The notes under the pieces: model-generated
Told to the model about the DNA's origin: nothing
The model's input: the letters and a program-made list of their open reading frames with translations, nothing else
The model's database searches: none
Program-made: the position numbers and the translations under genes
Assembly: GCA_001643675.2 (NCBI GenBank)
Contig: LSRY02000052.1
Coordinates: 248,001 to 312,000 of the forward strand
Source of the DNA: Monocercomonoides exilis PA203
Lineage: Eukaryota; Protista; Preaxostyla
DNA length: 64,000 nt
Direction of reading: 5' to 3'
In this document: in pieces, positions 48,438-60,300 of the stretch
Layout of the letters: every line of letters begins with the position of its first letter
Position numbering within the stretch: position 1 is the first letter of the stretch

Positions 48438-51400
48438 ATGGATAAATCTCAACCGTCGCGTTCTCAGATTTTTCAGTCGAAACATTCAAGTATGTCTCAG
48501 TTGTTGTGTGCACAATTTTTATGATAATATTTGCTGATTCTAGGGTTTCATCAGAGACCAAGTCAAAGGAAAAATCGTTATGTTGGAAGTAGATCTTATT
48601 CTTCGGATGTTCCAACGAATGAAGATACAGAGCGAAAATCTTCGAATTTATCTTATGTTTCTGAAATAAGTCAGCATTCACTTTTAGACGAAGAACCTTT
48701 GCAACAGAAAATCTCTTGTGAAGAGCAGCAGAAAGCTACAATCCCGCAATCAATTTCCGAAACGTTTCAAGATACTTTGCTTCATAACGAGAATTTAGAG
48801 ACGCCTCCGGAGCCGTCTCAATCTAGCAGTGATGCTTTTATGAATATGCTACTTATGCAACCACCTCAATCTGTCTCAGACTTTTCTATGCAACAACCTT
48901 TGACAATGGGTAGTGGCATTGATAACTCCATTTCATCTGTTTCATCTTTCCCTGGTTTAGATACGTCTCTTCTTTCTCTTCTAAATTTTGCCCCCACGTT
49001 TCCTTCTCAAACTTCTGCGCAAAGTGAAATGGCAACATTAGGTGAGGCAAGTTTATCGCAGCAGCTTTTTCTATTTCAGCAGATGCTTGGCCTAACCGTT
49101 CCAAGTGTTGTACAATATCAACAACCTTTGCCAGAAAGAAAAGAAGAACAGCAAAAATCAAAAGTGCTGCTAAAACAAGAGAGCAAAGAGTCTTCCTTAA
49201 CTTATCGAACAGGCGAAACACAAACAGTTCAGAAGGTTACAAATGATAAAAGAACAGCTAGATTGTCCAGTGACATTATTGCAGAAAGCGATTCAGAAGA
49301 TGATTTCTTATTTGGCAAATTTTCAGAAAAGGAAAAGGTTGCTGCGCGTATTGAAGCAGCACCACAGAAAGATGAGGAAAAGATCGAACAGACATCTGTT
49401 AAGCAGGAGTCTGCTCAGTCTAAGCAGTTAATTTCAAAGCCAGAGAAAGAACAAACAGAAAAGACTAAAAACAAAAAGAATTCGAAGGAGACAAAGAAAG
49501 GAGAAAGCAGGAAAACAATTAGATCGCAATTTGTCTATCGCAAAGAAGTGAAAAAAGCAGAAGATGAGAAAGTTGATAAAGAAGAAGGAGAAAAAGAAAG
49601 AGAAAGAGAAAAAGAAAGAAGAGAAGAAATTGCCAACAAGAAGAGAGAAGAAGACGAAAAAGAGAAGACAGCAAAAGAGCTTCAAGAAAGGCTCAAAAGA
49701 GAAGCAGAAGCAGAACCAGAAGCAGAAAAAGCGCAGAGAGAAAGAGAAAAAAGAGAGAAGGAAGAGAAAGAAGAAAAGGAAAGGATTGAGCGAATAAAAG
49801 CAGCAGAAAGAGAAGAAGAGCTGAGGAAGGAAAAAGCAGAGAAAGAAGAGAAGGAAAGGTTGCTAAGAGAACAGATGGAAAAGGAAAGATTGGAAAAAGA
49901 GAGGAAAGAGCGAGAAGAGAGGGAAGAGAGGGAAAGGAGAGAGAAAGAGAAAGAAAGAGAAAGAGAAATCGAATTGGAGAAGGAAAAGGAAAGAGAAAGA
50001 GAAATACAAAAAGAAAAAGAAAAACAAGAAAAACTTCGAAGAAAACGACTTGAAAAAGAACTAAAAGAAAAAGAACAGAAAGAAAAAGAACAGAAAGAAG
50101 AAGAAGAAGCAGAAAATGAAATCAAAGCCAAAGAAACAGCAAATTCAACCAAACTTCACAATCGTCGCTTTATCCCCATTTCTTCCTCAAACAACGTGCC
50201 CTCTGCTCTTTCCACTCCTCCCGTCATTCGCTCTGAGCCGCCTTTCCTCCACTGCGAATCTCAATCAGAAACTGAGCTGCGCTTTGTGGAATATGATAAC
50301 ATCTCTTCTCTTTCTCTTTCTTCTTCTTCTTCTCTTTCTACCTCCTCTTCTTCTTCCCTCTCACCTGATCCTTCATCTTCAACAGATTCTTATTTCCTTC
50401 CCACAAATGAGCTGCCCAACAGCCAAGAGAACACACTGCCTATGAACTTCCCTGAGGTCAATCCACATTCCTTTGCCAGCTGTGCTGACTTCTCCACTGC
50501 ATCGCTATTGGCAGCTGCTCAGTTTGACGAAGAAAGAAGAAAAGAGGAAGAGGGAGAAAACGAAGATGAAGAAGAAAACGAAGAAGAAGAAGAATTATCC
50601 AGAAAATATGTGTATTCTCGTTCTCTGCTTATGCATCTGTTCCTCAAAGCGCGCAACCAGCCAGGCAATTTGGACAAATACTTCCCTTTCACCCGCTCTG
50701 CCAGCATGCCTTCACTCGACCTCTCCTCTCCTTCTTCCTCCTCCTCCCACACAAATGGAATGACACAGCAGATGAAGAATCATCGGCAGAACAATCAGAA
50801 AATGAATATGTCTTCACAACAGCAACAGCAGCAACGCAACAAGCATCGCAATCCAGTGCCTTCTCCGTCTCCTTCTCCATCTCCTGCTTTTTCTCCTCTT
50901 TATTCTCCGTTCTCCTTCTCGTATTCTCCTTCTTTCTTGTCTCCCTCTCATCATCAGCATCACAATCTCCTTCATCGCCATCAAAGTGCATCTTCATTCG
51001 TTCCCTTGCCAAATAAAGCAGAAAAAGCATGGAAGCCAAAGTCAGCAATAGACAGAGAGCAGAAGAAGGAGAAGGAGAAAGAGAAGAAAGGGAAAGGAGG
51101 TGTTGCAAAATCGAGATGGGCAATGGAAAAGGAGAAGAAGGAGAAGGAGAAGAAGAGAGAGAGAGATGAAGAAGAGGATGAAGAAGAAGAAGAAGAAAAG
51201 GCAAAAGAAGTTGAAGAAGAAGACGAAGATGAAAAAATCAAAGAAGAAAAAGTGAAGACAGCTGAAGAAGAGGAAGAAGAAGAGCGTCTGATTGGGCGAT
51301 GCTTATCTTTGCTAAACAAGCTGTCGCCTCTCAACTTTGCTGATATTTCGAGTGAGCTTGTGGGGCTGGTGAAGACAGAGGCTGTGCTGAAGTCGGTGCT

Positions 51401-52687
51401 GGATAACATTTTAGAGAAGGCAGTGGTGGAAAGCAAGTATGTGAAGATGTATGCAGCATTGTGCAAAGTGCTGAGTGTTGATATGATATTACTGGGGGGA
51501 GGAGAAGAGGAGAGAGAAGGAGAGAAGGGAGAAAAGAAGGGGAAAGAGAAAGAGAAGGAGAAAGAAAAGGAAAAGGAGAATGAAGAAGCAAGTGAGTCGA
51601 TATATCGGAAGTCTGTTTTCTACAAGCTGCTTCTGCTGAAGTGCCAGGAGGAGTTTATGAGCATCCCTCGCCTGTTTGGCAGGACACCTGCAGCATCCGC
51701 AAAAACAGCAGAAAGCAAAAGAGCAGATGATGAGAAGAACAATGAAAAGAAGACAGAAAATGAAAGAGCACAAAACACATCAGAAGAAGAAGCAGCAGAC
51801 AGTTCAGTTTCTATGAGCACATCCGCTTTGAGTAACAGTACTTCCAACAGCGTCGCAGCCTCTGAGGAAGAAGAGAGGAATGCGATTCTGCGGCTGAAGT
51901 TCAGAGGCATCATGTCATTTGTCGGGGAGCTGTATGTGGTAGGCCTCTTGCATGAGTCTATTGTGCACTGGTGCTGCAAGAAGATGCTGAGCTCGGCGTT
52001 TGACAGAAGACACTGGGAGAACATTGAAGGCTTTGTGGCGCTGATCACGAAAGTCGGGGGCAAGTTTGAGGAGACGGAGCGGAACCAGAAGAAAGTGAAT
52101 GGGTATGAGAAGGTGATGGCGAAGCTGGTGGATGCACAGGACATGCCGAGGAGGCTGAAGTTTATGCTTCTGGATGTCCTGGATCTGAGGAAGAGGGCAT
52201 GGAAGGAGGAGGAAGAGGAAGAAGAAGGTTTAGAGGAAGAGCCGGTTGAGGAAGAATATGAGGAAGAGTATGAAGAAGAGTATGAAGATGATGGAGTGGT
52301 GAGGCGTGTGGGAGGAGGTGCTGTCACATGCACAAGCACATACAGATCATCAAGTGTGACTGTCTATCGCAACGGAAGCGAAGAAAGCAGCGAAAACAAA
52401 TACAAGTTTGAAAGGCATGATTCATTCCACACGAAGAACGATGCATCTCGTTCATTCGATAAGGAAGCATTATCTTCATTGAAAGCGACACATTCCATTA
52501 TCAAACCCATCAGCACATATGTCTCTTCTCAGGAGCAGACATACAGCCCAGCTAATTTAGTGTATTCTTCTTCTTCTTCTTCTTCTTCTTCTTCTTCCAC
52601 TCCTTTTGATCCACACAGACAAATATACACACCCTCCCCTTCTCCTCCTGCCTCTGCTGCTTCTTATGCTACGAATGCATCTTCAAA

Positions 52688-52719
<32 letters not shown>

Positions 52720-52859
52720 CTTCTTCTTCTTCTTCTTCTTCTTCTTCTTCTTCTTCTTCATATTACTCCTCTTCTCGCACTCGTGTGGTGGCGTCTGGCA
52801 AAGGGCATTCTTCTTTCTGTCACCACTCCTCACACACCCAGATATACAGAACAAGCTGA
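48438..52859 (+). CDS. eIF4G-like protein (eIF4E-binding motif plus MIF4G domain)
   Basis: YSRSLLM (YxxxxL-phi) at 50613-50633; MIF4G LLNKLSPLNF...LEKAVVESKYVKMYAALC...FVGELY...PRRLKFMLLDVLDLRKRAW. 5' intron ~48490-48543. Confidence 0.8.
52690..52758 (+). repeat. (TCT)n trinucleotide repeat encoding poly-Ser (~23)
   Basis: Read directly from the sequence. Confidence 0.9.
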
Positions 52860-53541
52860 GTTTAACATCAGCGATTTGTGTTTATTTTGACTCACTTATG
52901 TTTGACTATTTCAAAAATATCTTCTTTTTCTTTTGTTATTTCATTTTATTTTATTTAACCGAATTGTTTTTGGTTTTTTGGCTTTTTTATTGAAATACTT
53001 GCTCTTTTTTCTTTTCCATTTTTTTAATGAATTATCATCGTTTATTTTTATTCAGAACACAAGAAAATTACATATTGTTCTGTTGTTCATGTAATTAAGT
53101 TTCAAAATAATTTTTTTAATATTATCGATTTTCTTTTCACTTCCAAATAGTTTACATAACCCTATGGGCTGGGAAAGATTAAAAAAAGAAAGAAAGAAAG
53201 AAAGAAAAGGTAGCATAACAAGAATACATTTTGCATACTAAACTCAGCTGAAATGTTCGACAGAAAAGAAGTGAGCAAAAGATTGAGCAAATGAATTATC
53301 CTTAGTAAAATAATTTCATCACGCAAGTATTTTAAAGCAGCAAGAAGCATAAAACAAAGTTGCGCAAAAATATCACACTCCAAAATTCAAACATTATGAA
53401 ACACTAAAGATTGCAACATCATTTGATAAGCACCTCATAAACAGTATCAAAAAGGAAAAGACAATTTATTCCAATTTCAATACAGCATTTTTTTTTTTAT
53501 TGAATGAAAGCACTTTATAATATTTGTATCTCAATATGCTT

Positions 53542-54876
53542 TTAAATTACATCAAACAAAACCTTCACATGGTTTGAATACTCTTCGTGAATAACCAACG
53601 TGTGTGAGTCGTCGCCCCACTTGACTGATTCCACCGCAATGGGACGATCAATGCGCTTCAGCAGACGCCCTTTGGCTAAGTCGTAGATAAAGATTGACCA
53701 GTCGTTCGCAAACAGCACTTGCGTCATTGGTTTGTTAACCTCACAAGAAAAGTGGATAACTTTCTTGGCTTTCGCCGTATTCTTCTTTGCACTCACTTCA
53801 ATCACTTTGCTCGAGGACGAAGACGATGAGGAGCGCTTTCCTTTGTTTGAGCTGATCTCTTCATGATCCAAAATAGGTGCCATCAGGTCTTTATGCACTG
53901 GGAAGCTTGATGTAAATTCTATGTCTTTCTTCTTCAAATCAATTGAATAATCCCAAATTTTGAAAGTCAGATCTTTTGAAAGCGTAAGCATTCGTTTGTT
54001 GTCTGCAAAAAATGAAACTCCGACTATTTGAGATTTGTGTCCACAAATTGGAGTATGTAGCGCCAGTCCAGTTATATTTTTTTGATCTTTCGTTTCTGTC
54101 AACTTTAGCAATTTTAATTCGCTCAAAAAGCAACCTGCTGCCATAAAATGGGAATCTGGTGATGTGGCAAATGTCCAAACGCTTCCTTGATTAATGGGAT
54201 ATGACTGTATAAGTGAGCCATTAGATGACCATAGATAAAACTTTCTTTCTTCTTTGTTGCCAGCAAGAAAATACTGACTTCGATATTCAAAGAAATCACA
54301 AGGAGAAGTTGGTCGATCTGCACTAGCGATACCGATAACTTTTTTCTTTTTAAATGTAATGTTTGACAGATCGATTTGGAAAATTGAAATTGAGGTAAGG
54401 TTTTCCGCCCAAACAGCAAAGCTGTCACCATTTGGATTAAGTGCAATTGCTCCTGAAATAGGTTTATCAAGGATAATTTTAAAACGCCTACAAATGCAAT
54501 AGAATAATTAATATTGAATATTAAATAATTATTGCAATTTAAATGGATTTGAAACAAACCGAGGGTTTTTCCCTTTATCAGTTAATTCGCAAATGGAAAG
54601 AGTTTTATTTGGGAAATAAGCAATTGCAACTTTTTTATTTGAAGTCCATGATTCAATCTCTTGCCCTTCATCAAAATTTAATCTCAGCAATGGCTCATCA
54701 GCTTTTTTTGGTTTACTTTTAATTTTCTCCTCTTTAACAGGTTTTTGTTTTTTTGGTTTTTTAACTTTCTTTTGAAGATCTTCATGTTCTATTTTTGGTT
54801 TCTGTCGAAAAGCAAAATACACAATAACAAACACAAGCGCGATTGAACAAAGAAAAAGAAGACCAGCTATTTCCAT
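53542..54876 (-). CDS. N-terminally membrane-anchored WD40 protein, TBL2-like
   Basis: Hydrophobic N-terminus (AGLLFLCSIALVFVIVYFAF), Lys-rich linker, WD repeat GHKSQIVGVSFFADNKRMLTLSKDLTFKIWD. Confidence 0.6.
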
Positions 54877-55064
54877 TCCTAAAATACGGTTAGATCAAAT
54901 AAATATCATTTCTATTTTCATTAAAATAGCTCATTTATCAGCAGTCGCACAAAGAATAACTTAAACAGTTTGCAAGATCAAGACATTGAGCCAATCCATA
55001 AAAATGCTACGTTATAGCAAAACATGCATTAAAATCTTTGGATGAATATTAACTTAGAAGAAAA

Positions 55065-55854
55065 TCAAGTTTTTGATTCTTCCATCATAAAAACAAGCCA
55101 GCTAAGTCCATCAATTAATCCTTCCCCAGTTTTTGCTGAGCATATTTGGAATCTTATTTTGGGTGCAGTCGAACGAATCTCCTCAAAATGATTTCGAAGC
55201 TCTGACGATGGAATAAAAGCCAGTTGATCGTGTTTATTAAAAAATACAAGGAACGGAATGTTATTTGTGCTAATTGTATGCATGAGCATGGCTTTGATGT
55301 TAAGTTTAAAGAGAAAATTATAAAAAAGATAGAAACGAAATTTCTTTAATTCAAACTTATTTCCGCAATAGCTTCGGGAAATCGTTCAACATTTGTTCCA
55401 TCAACAACAAATATGATTCCATTTGCTTCATTATAGTAATCTTTCCAAATATTTCTAATTGTTGCTACAGAAATAGTTTGAAATTTTATTTTAAAAATTT
55501 CTGTCAAACCTCCTCCTCCGAGATCAAGCAATCGAACATCTGCATGTTTTGTTTTCTTGTGTAATAGACAAAAAGTAAAAATGTTGAAAGACAAAAAAGA
55601 ACATGAAGGAATAATTAACAGAAGGAATTGAAATACCAAAAAAAACATACAACAAGTTTGCTATTCTGTCCTATTGTTGGAATAATAAGTGCAGGTTTTG
55701 GCTTCTCCGCAGATCTTGAATGACTTTCAAACAAAAGTTGTTCAAGCTGATTTAAAATACTTGTTTTTCCGCTTCCATCTAACCCAAGAATGAGGACTGT
55801 ATGTTCAGCTTTTTTTGTAAATTTTTGCCATAAACCAGTGAATAATGTAAACAT
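55065..55854 (-). CDS. ARFRP1: ARF-related protein 1 (ARFRP1/Arl3-type small GTPase)
   Basis: MFTLFTGLWQKF (no Gly2, aromatic at position 2); GLDGSGKT; PTIGQN; DLGG; NKHD; CSAKTGEG. Three introns. Confidence 0.8.
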
Positions 55855-56437
55855 TTTGAACAGTTATTTTATGTGAAATGCAAAGCAAAATAAAAAGAAT
55901 TGATGATCAAAACCTTTAAATTTTTCATTGATCAAAATTGTTTAAAAGAACAATTTTTCATCATTTTATCATTTTTGTTGAATAAATTATTTTATAACAA
56001 AGAATATTCATTATTTCTTTTTCCACTTTTTTATTTTATTTTATTTGACTTGATTATTTTTGGATTTATTATATCTTTTTTTGTAAAAAAAAGGAAGAGG
56101 AAAAAATGACACAACTTTTAAAATAGTTTTTTTTTTGTTGAAAAACGAGTATTTGCGAGATTTTTATTGATATAATATTTTTTCAAACTAAATTTTCGGT
56201 TCGAAATTTTCCCATGAAAATTAACAAATCAACGCTGAAAAATGAAAAGACTTATTCAAGACATCTTCATCTTTATTACTGCTTGAACATAAAATTTAAA
56301 AACGGTTGTAATGAAAAAAGCATTTGAATTCAAAATCTCATCCCATTGACAAACAACATTTGAATTTTCAACATTCTGAAAAAAGTTATGATTTCATCAA
56401 TAATTACATGTTTGAAAGGAATTCTTTTAAAAAAATA

Positions 56438-56678
56438 TGTCTAAATTGTTTAGGAAAGTTCCTTTTGTTTGATTATCAAATAAAATGAAAATTTCAACTT
56501 TCGATCAAATTTCGGTTCTCACTCACGAAACTTGACTAAAATGGAAATAAAACATTGACAAGATTTTATCTCAATTATTTTGAAATTTCGTGGATGAGAA
56601 CCGAAATTTGATCGAAAGATGAAAATTTTCGTTTATTTGATGATTAAGCAAAATGAACTTTACAAAATAATTTAGACA
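56438..56678. mobile_element. Older MITE-like foldback element, imperfect 93-bp inverted arms
   Basis: Arms 56438-56530 and 56586-56678. Core CTTTCGATCAAATTTCGGTTCTCA / TGAGAACCGAAATTTGATCGAAAG. Ends TGTC...GACA. Confidence 0.6.
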
Positions 56679-56733
56679 GATATCATAATTTCTAAAATGA
56701 TTTATATATCTCTTTTTCTGTTTTATGTGTTAC

Positions 56734-56890
56734 ACCATTTATTTTTGTAATTTGGATAACTTATTATTCAAAATTGTTAAACAGTTTGTTCGTAATTATT
56801 ATTATTGAGTATTTTTTTATTAAAAATTTTTGTGATTAATTGGTCACTGGCTGAGTGTAGGAAAGTGATGAAAATATTATATTTTTTCAA
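56734..56890 (+). repeat. Dispersed repeat copy 1 (interrupted by the MITE; resumes at 57342)
   Basis: Near-identical (about 2 substitutions) to the reverse complement of 62883-63050. Confidence 0.9.
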
Positions 56891-57341
56891 TGTTCGTAAA
56901 AAGGTTGAGAAATTGAACCCCAATTTAAATTATTTGTGAATAAACATAAAAATGCACACATTTTCTAGAAAAAATCAACATCAAGGAAATTTGATAATTT
57001 TTGAATTATTTCACTTCACATTGTTTGATTATGAATTTCATATTCAAGATAAGTCATTATTGTTTAAAGAAATTTTGATTAATAATATTTTACAAACAAT
57101 GGATTTTGATTGTGAATTCATTGATTATCAAACAAAGAAAAATTATTGTTTTCATCATCAAAAATGATGCAAATAATTCTTCATAATTGAACAATACATA
57201 ATCAAACAATGTGAAGTGAAATAATTCAAAAATTATCAAATTTCCTTGATGTTGATTTTTTCTAGAAAATGTGTGCATTTTTATGTTTATTCACAAATAA
57301 TTTAAATTGGGGTTCAATTTCTCAACCTTTTTACGAACATT
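56889..57341. mobile_element. Young MITE-like element with perfect 145-bp inverted repeats and a 163-bp spacer
   Basis: 56889-57033 is the exact reverse complement of 57197-57341. An empty-site copy of the flanks lies at 62883-63050. Confidence 0.8.
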
Positions 57342-60300
57342 AGATGAATTGTGAAATAAAAAAAAATTTCGAAATTATTGGGTTATTTTGAAATTGTCCA
57401 TGGAAATTTTGAAATTTTTGGGGAATTTTGCAATAACTCAGGTGGACAAAATTTTTTTGTGAAAAAATATATTACACATGAATATTAAGTTCTAAATTCG
57501 AATATGAAATTTTTGCTCTTGCACAGTAATTGCAATTGTTTATTTCAAGATGTTTCAAACAGTCATTTTTGGAATTTGTCAGAATTATCGGGTCTGTTAA
57601 TGAGATAGTGTAATTATCTTCACAATCAATTGAACATTAAAATTGCGCACGTCAAAAATTCAACATATTCATAGAAATATTATTGATTCGCAGCTATCCA
57701 GAAATCAAAATAAACAATTCTCACTTCCACCAATAAAAAAAGAAGTGTTGTTGTTGCTTTTTCATCACTAGAAATATTTCACTTAGTCCAGCTGTTTTTT
57801 TAAAACTTCTGAGAATCATTCTGTTAATATTTCTTGAGCATTTGGCATAGTTTGATCATTTTCCATAACGAATAAGAGCCACAAAAGAAAATGGGCACAA
57901 CTCGATGTGCCGTTGCTGAACGGGCATATGAAGACAATTTGATACAAAAGAATGGATTTATGGTGTGGGGTGATGGAGTTGAGTTCTTGGAGGAGGCAAG
58001 GTTTTGGAGGGGAAAGGAACGATAAAAGGATATTTTTTTGTGGAAAAGAGGTATTTTTGGAGGTTTAAGAGGCAATATGGATGTGTGGGAGATGGATTGG
58101 GATGAGATTTAAAGGGGTTGTTTTTTCGATTTTTGTGAGTTGGAAGGAGTGGAGGCCGTGTTTATTATTTGAGAAAAGGAATTTAATGTGGAGAAGATGG
58201 GGTGAGGCGAGGGGGGAACAGAGGGGCGGAAAATGGGTGGTGTTAATTGAATATACTATCTTTGGAGGGGAGGACAAGAGTTGGATGGGAAATGGGAGAT
58301 ATGGAAAAGGGATGTTATTTATTTTCAAATGCAGGGAGAGAGAGGGGGGTTCATGTGAGGTGGAACAAGAAGAAGAGTTTTTGTGAGTGTGTGCATAATT
58401 AGAGAGGGAAGTGGGGTTGAAGAAAAAAAGTGAAAGAAAAAATTTTTTTAATATTTTTTTATTTTTTATTGAAAGAACTTTTTGGCCGCGCCTCTCATTT
58501 GCAGGGCAAGTGTTGGAGGCGGAAGCGGAGGAAGACGAGAAGAAGGAACGTCAGGCGCAACACTTTGCAGTGGGGGTGTGGGGATGGATTCGCGACAAGG
58601 ATGGAGCAAGGTGAGGGGCTGACCATGAGAGGGTGTTTTGCACCAAAGAGAGGTATTAATATTGGAGGCATTTATTTTTTTGATTGGGAAAAGGATGATG
58701 GCGAATGAAGTGGAGAGGATGGAGGATATGTGGTGAAGGGGCATTTTTGTTTTGGAGGAAATGGAGAGAAAAAGAAGAAGATTTGGGCAAGGGATGAAAA
58801 GGGATTCTTTAGATGGAATCTTCTTCTTTACCAGTTTTTCATTGAATGAAGTTTGTGAAGTTATTCGAGTGGAAGGAGACTAGAGGATTAGGCTTTGACG
58901 AATTTTTTTGGAAGGCAGAAAGGAGTCGATGAAATTTACATTGAAATAAACAAGAGAGATGGATCAAAATAGTTTTGAAGATTAAAAGAAATGATATATT
59001 GAGAAGAAGAATAAGAGGTGAACGAAGAAATAATAAGATTTACAAAAAGCTTTGAATAATGTTTATATTGTTTATTGAGTTGTATAATGAGCATGCATTA
59101 TTAAAATCTAACTTGATTTTCTTTTTCGGTTTTTTTGCCTTTTTTTACAAGCAATATCATTTTTTTCTCCAGGAAATATTCATCATTGTGCAAAACATCA
59201 ATATTTGAAACGTTTTTGATTTCTTTTTAGCTCTCTTCATTCTTTTTTGATGGATTTTTTAAGGTTAGTGCAATTCATCAATTCTTGAACATTTGATATT
59301 GAAATTTTGAAACATTTTGAATAATAACAATCATTTGTTATTCATGGAAACATTTCAATAACGTTTAAAACAAAAAATAATAATATTTTTTCTTTACGAT
59401 TATCACAAAAATACGAAAAATGATTTATATCGCATAATTTGTTGGTGAATGTTCTGAAAATTATTCATAAAATATTCTATCAATAGATGTGATAAATTAA
59501 CAACTATTTTTGAGTTTCACAATTTTTAGGAGAAAAATACAGATCTTCCCACAATTCAATTAATCTTGAAATTTGTTGGTGAAACTCAAAATAACTACCT
59601 TATTTTCAATTTTTCTGAAAAATTTCAAAATTACTTGACTATTTCAAATAGACCTATGCGACAAGTGGCTAAATTTGTCACTTAGTGACATAGGTGACCG
59701 ACATGACAATTTGTTCATGATCTTAACCACAATTAATTTATAAATAAATTGTTAGATGTTTCTTTTGAAAAATTTAATAAAAAATTTTCCATTTGAAAGA
59801 AGAAATAATTATAATCTAATAAAAACATTTTTTGAATATAACAAAACAAAAAATTCAAATCATGAAGACAAAATTATGTGAAAAATGGGTTTGTGACAAG
59901 ATCAGCGAAACCTGGAATTTTTTTGCCACTGGAAGTCACTTCTGTCACTGACATCACAACCAGTCAGAGAAGCGAAACTGCTTGAAAAAGAAACAGAAGA
60001 TCTAATTAACTTGTTTGACTTTTGAAATGTTGTTGATTTCATTTCACAGAAAGAACAGTCCATAATTTTTTTTTCATTTTCAGAATTTTCCTTTTTCATC
60101 AAAAAAGAGAGTACTAAACTGACCAACAAACATTTCACTTTCACATTTCGTTTTGTTTAACAACATTAACTCCACAAAGTCAAACATGAAATGAGATTTG
60201 TTTTTTCAAATCATTCATTCTGATTATCTCGTTAATTATTTATGATATTTTGTTGTTTAAACTTTTTCAAAGAAAAAAGATGGAGTTGACGTTTGTTTTT

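Noticed and set aside
56952-57278. Two ORFs with identical N-termini (MHTFSRKNQHQG...) on opposite strands
   Set aside because: By-product of the perfect inverted repeat; no coding features.
57560-57940. Possible second pseudogene fragment on the - strand (MENDQTMPNAQEILTE*FSEV)
   Set aside because: Too short and degenerate to support without a search.
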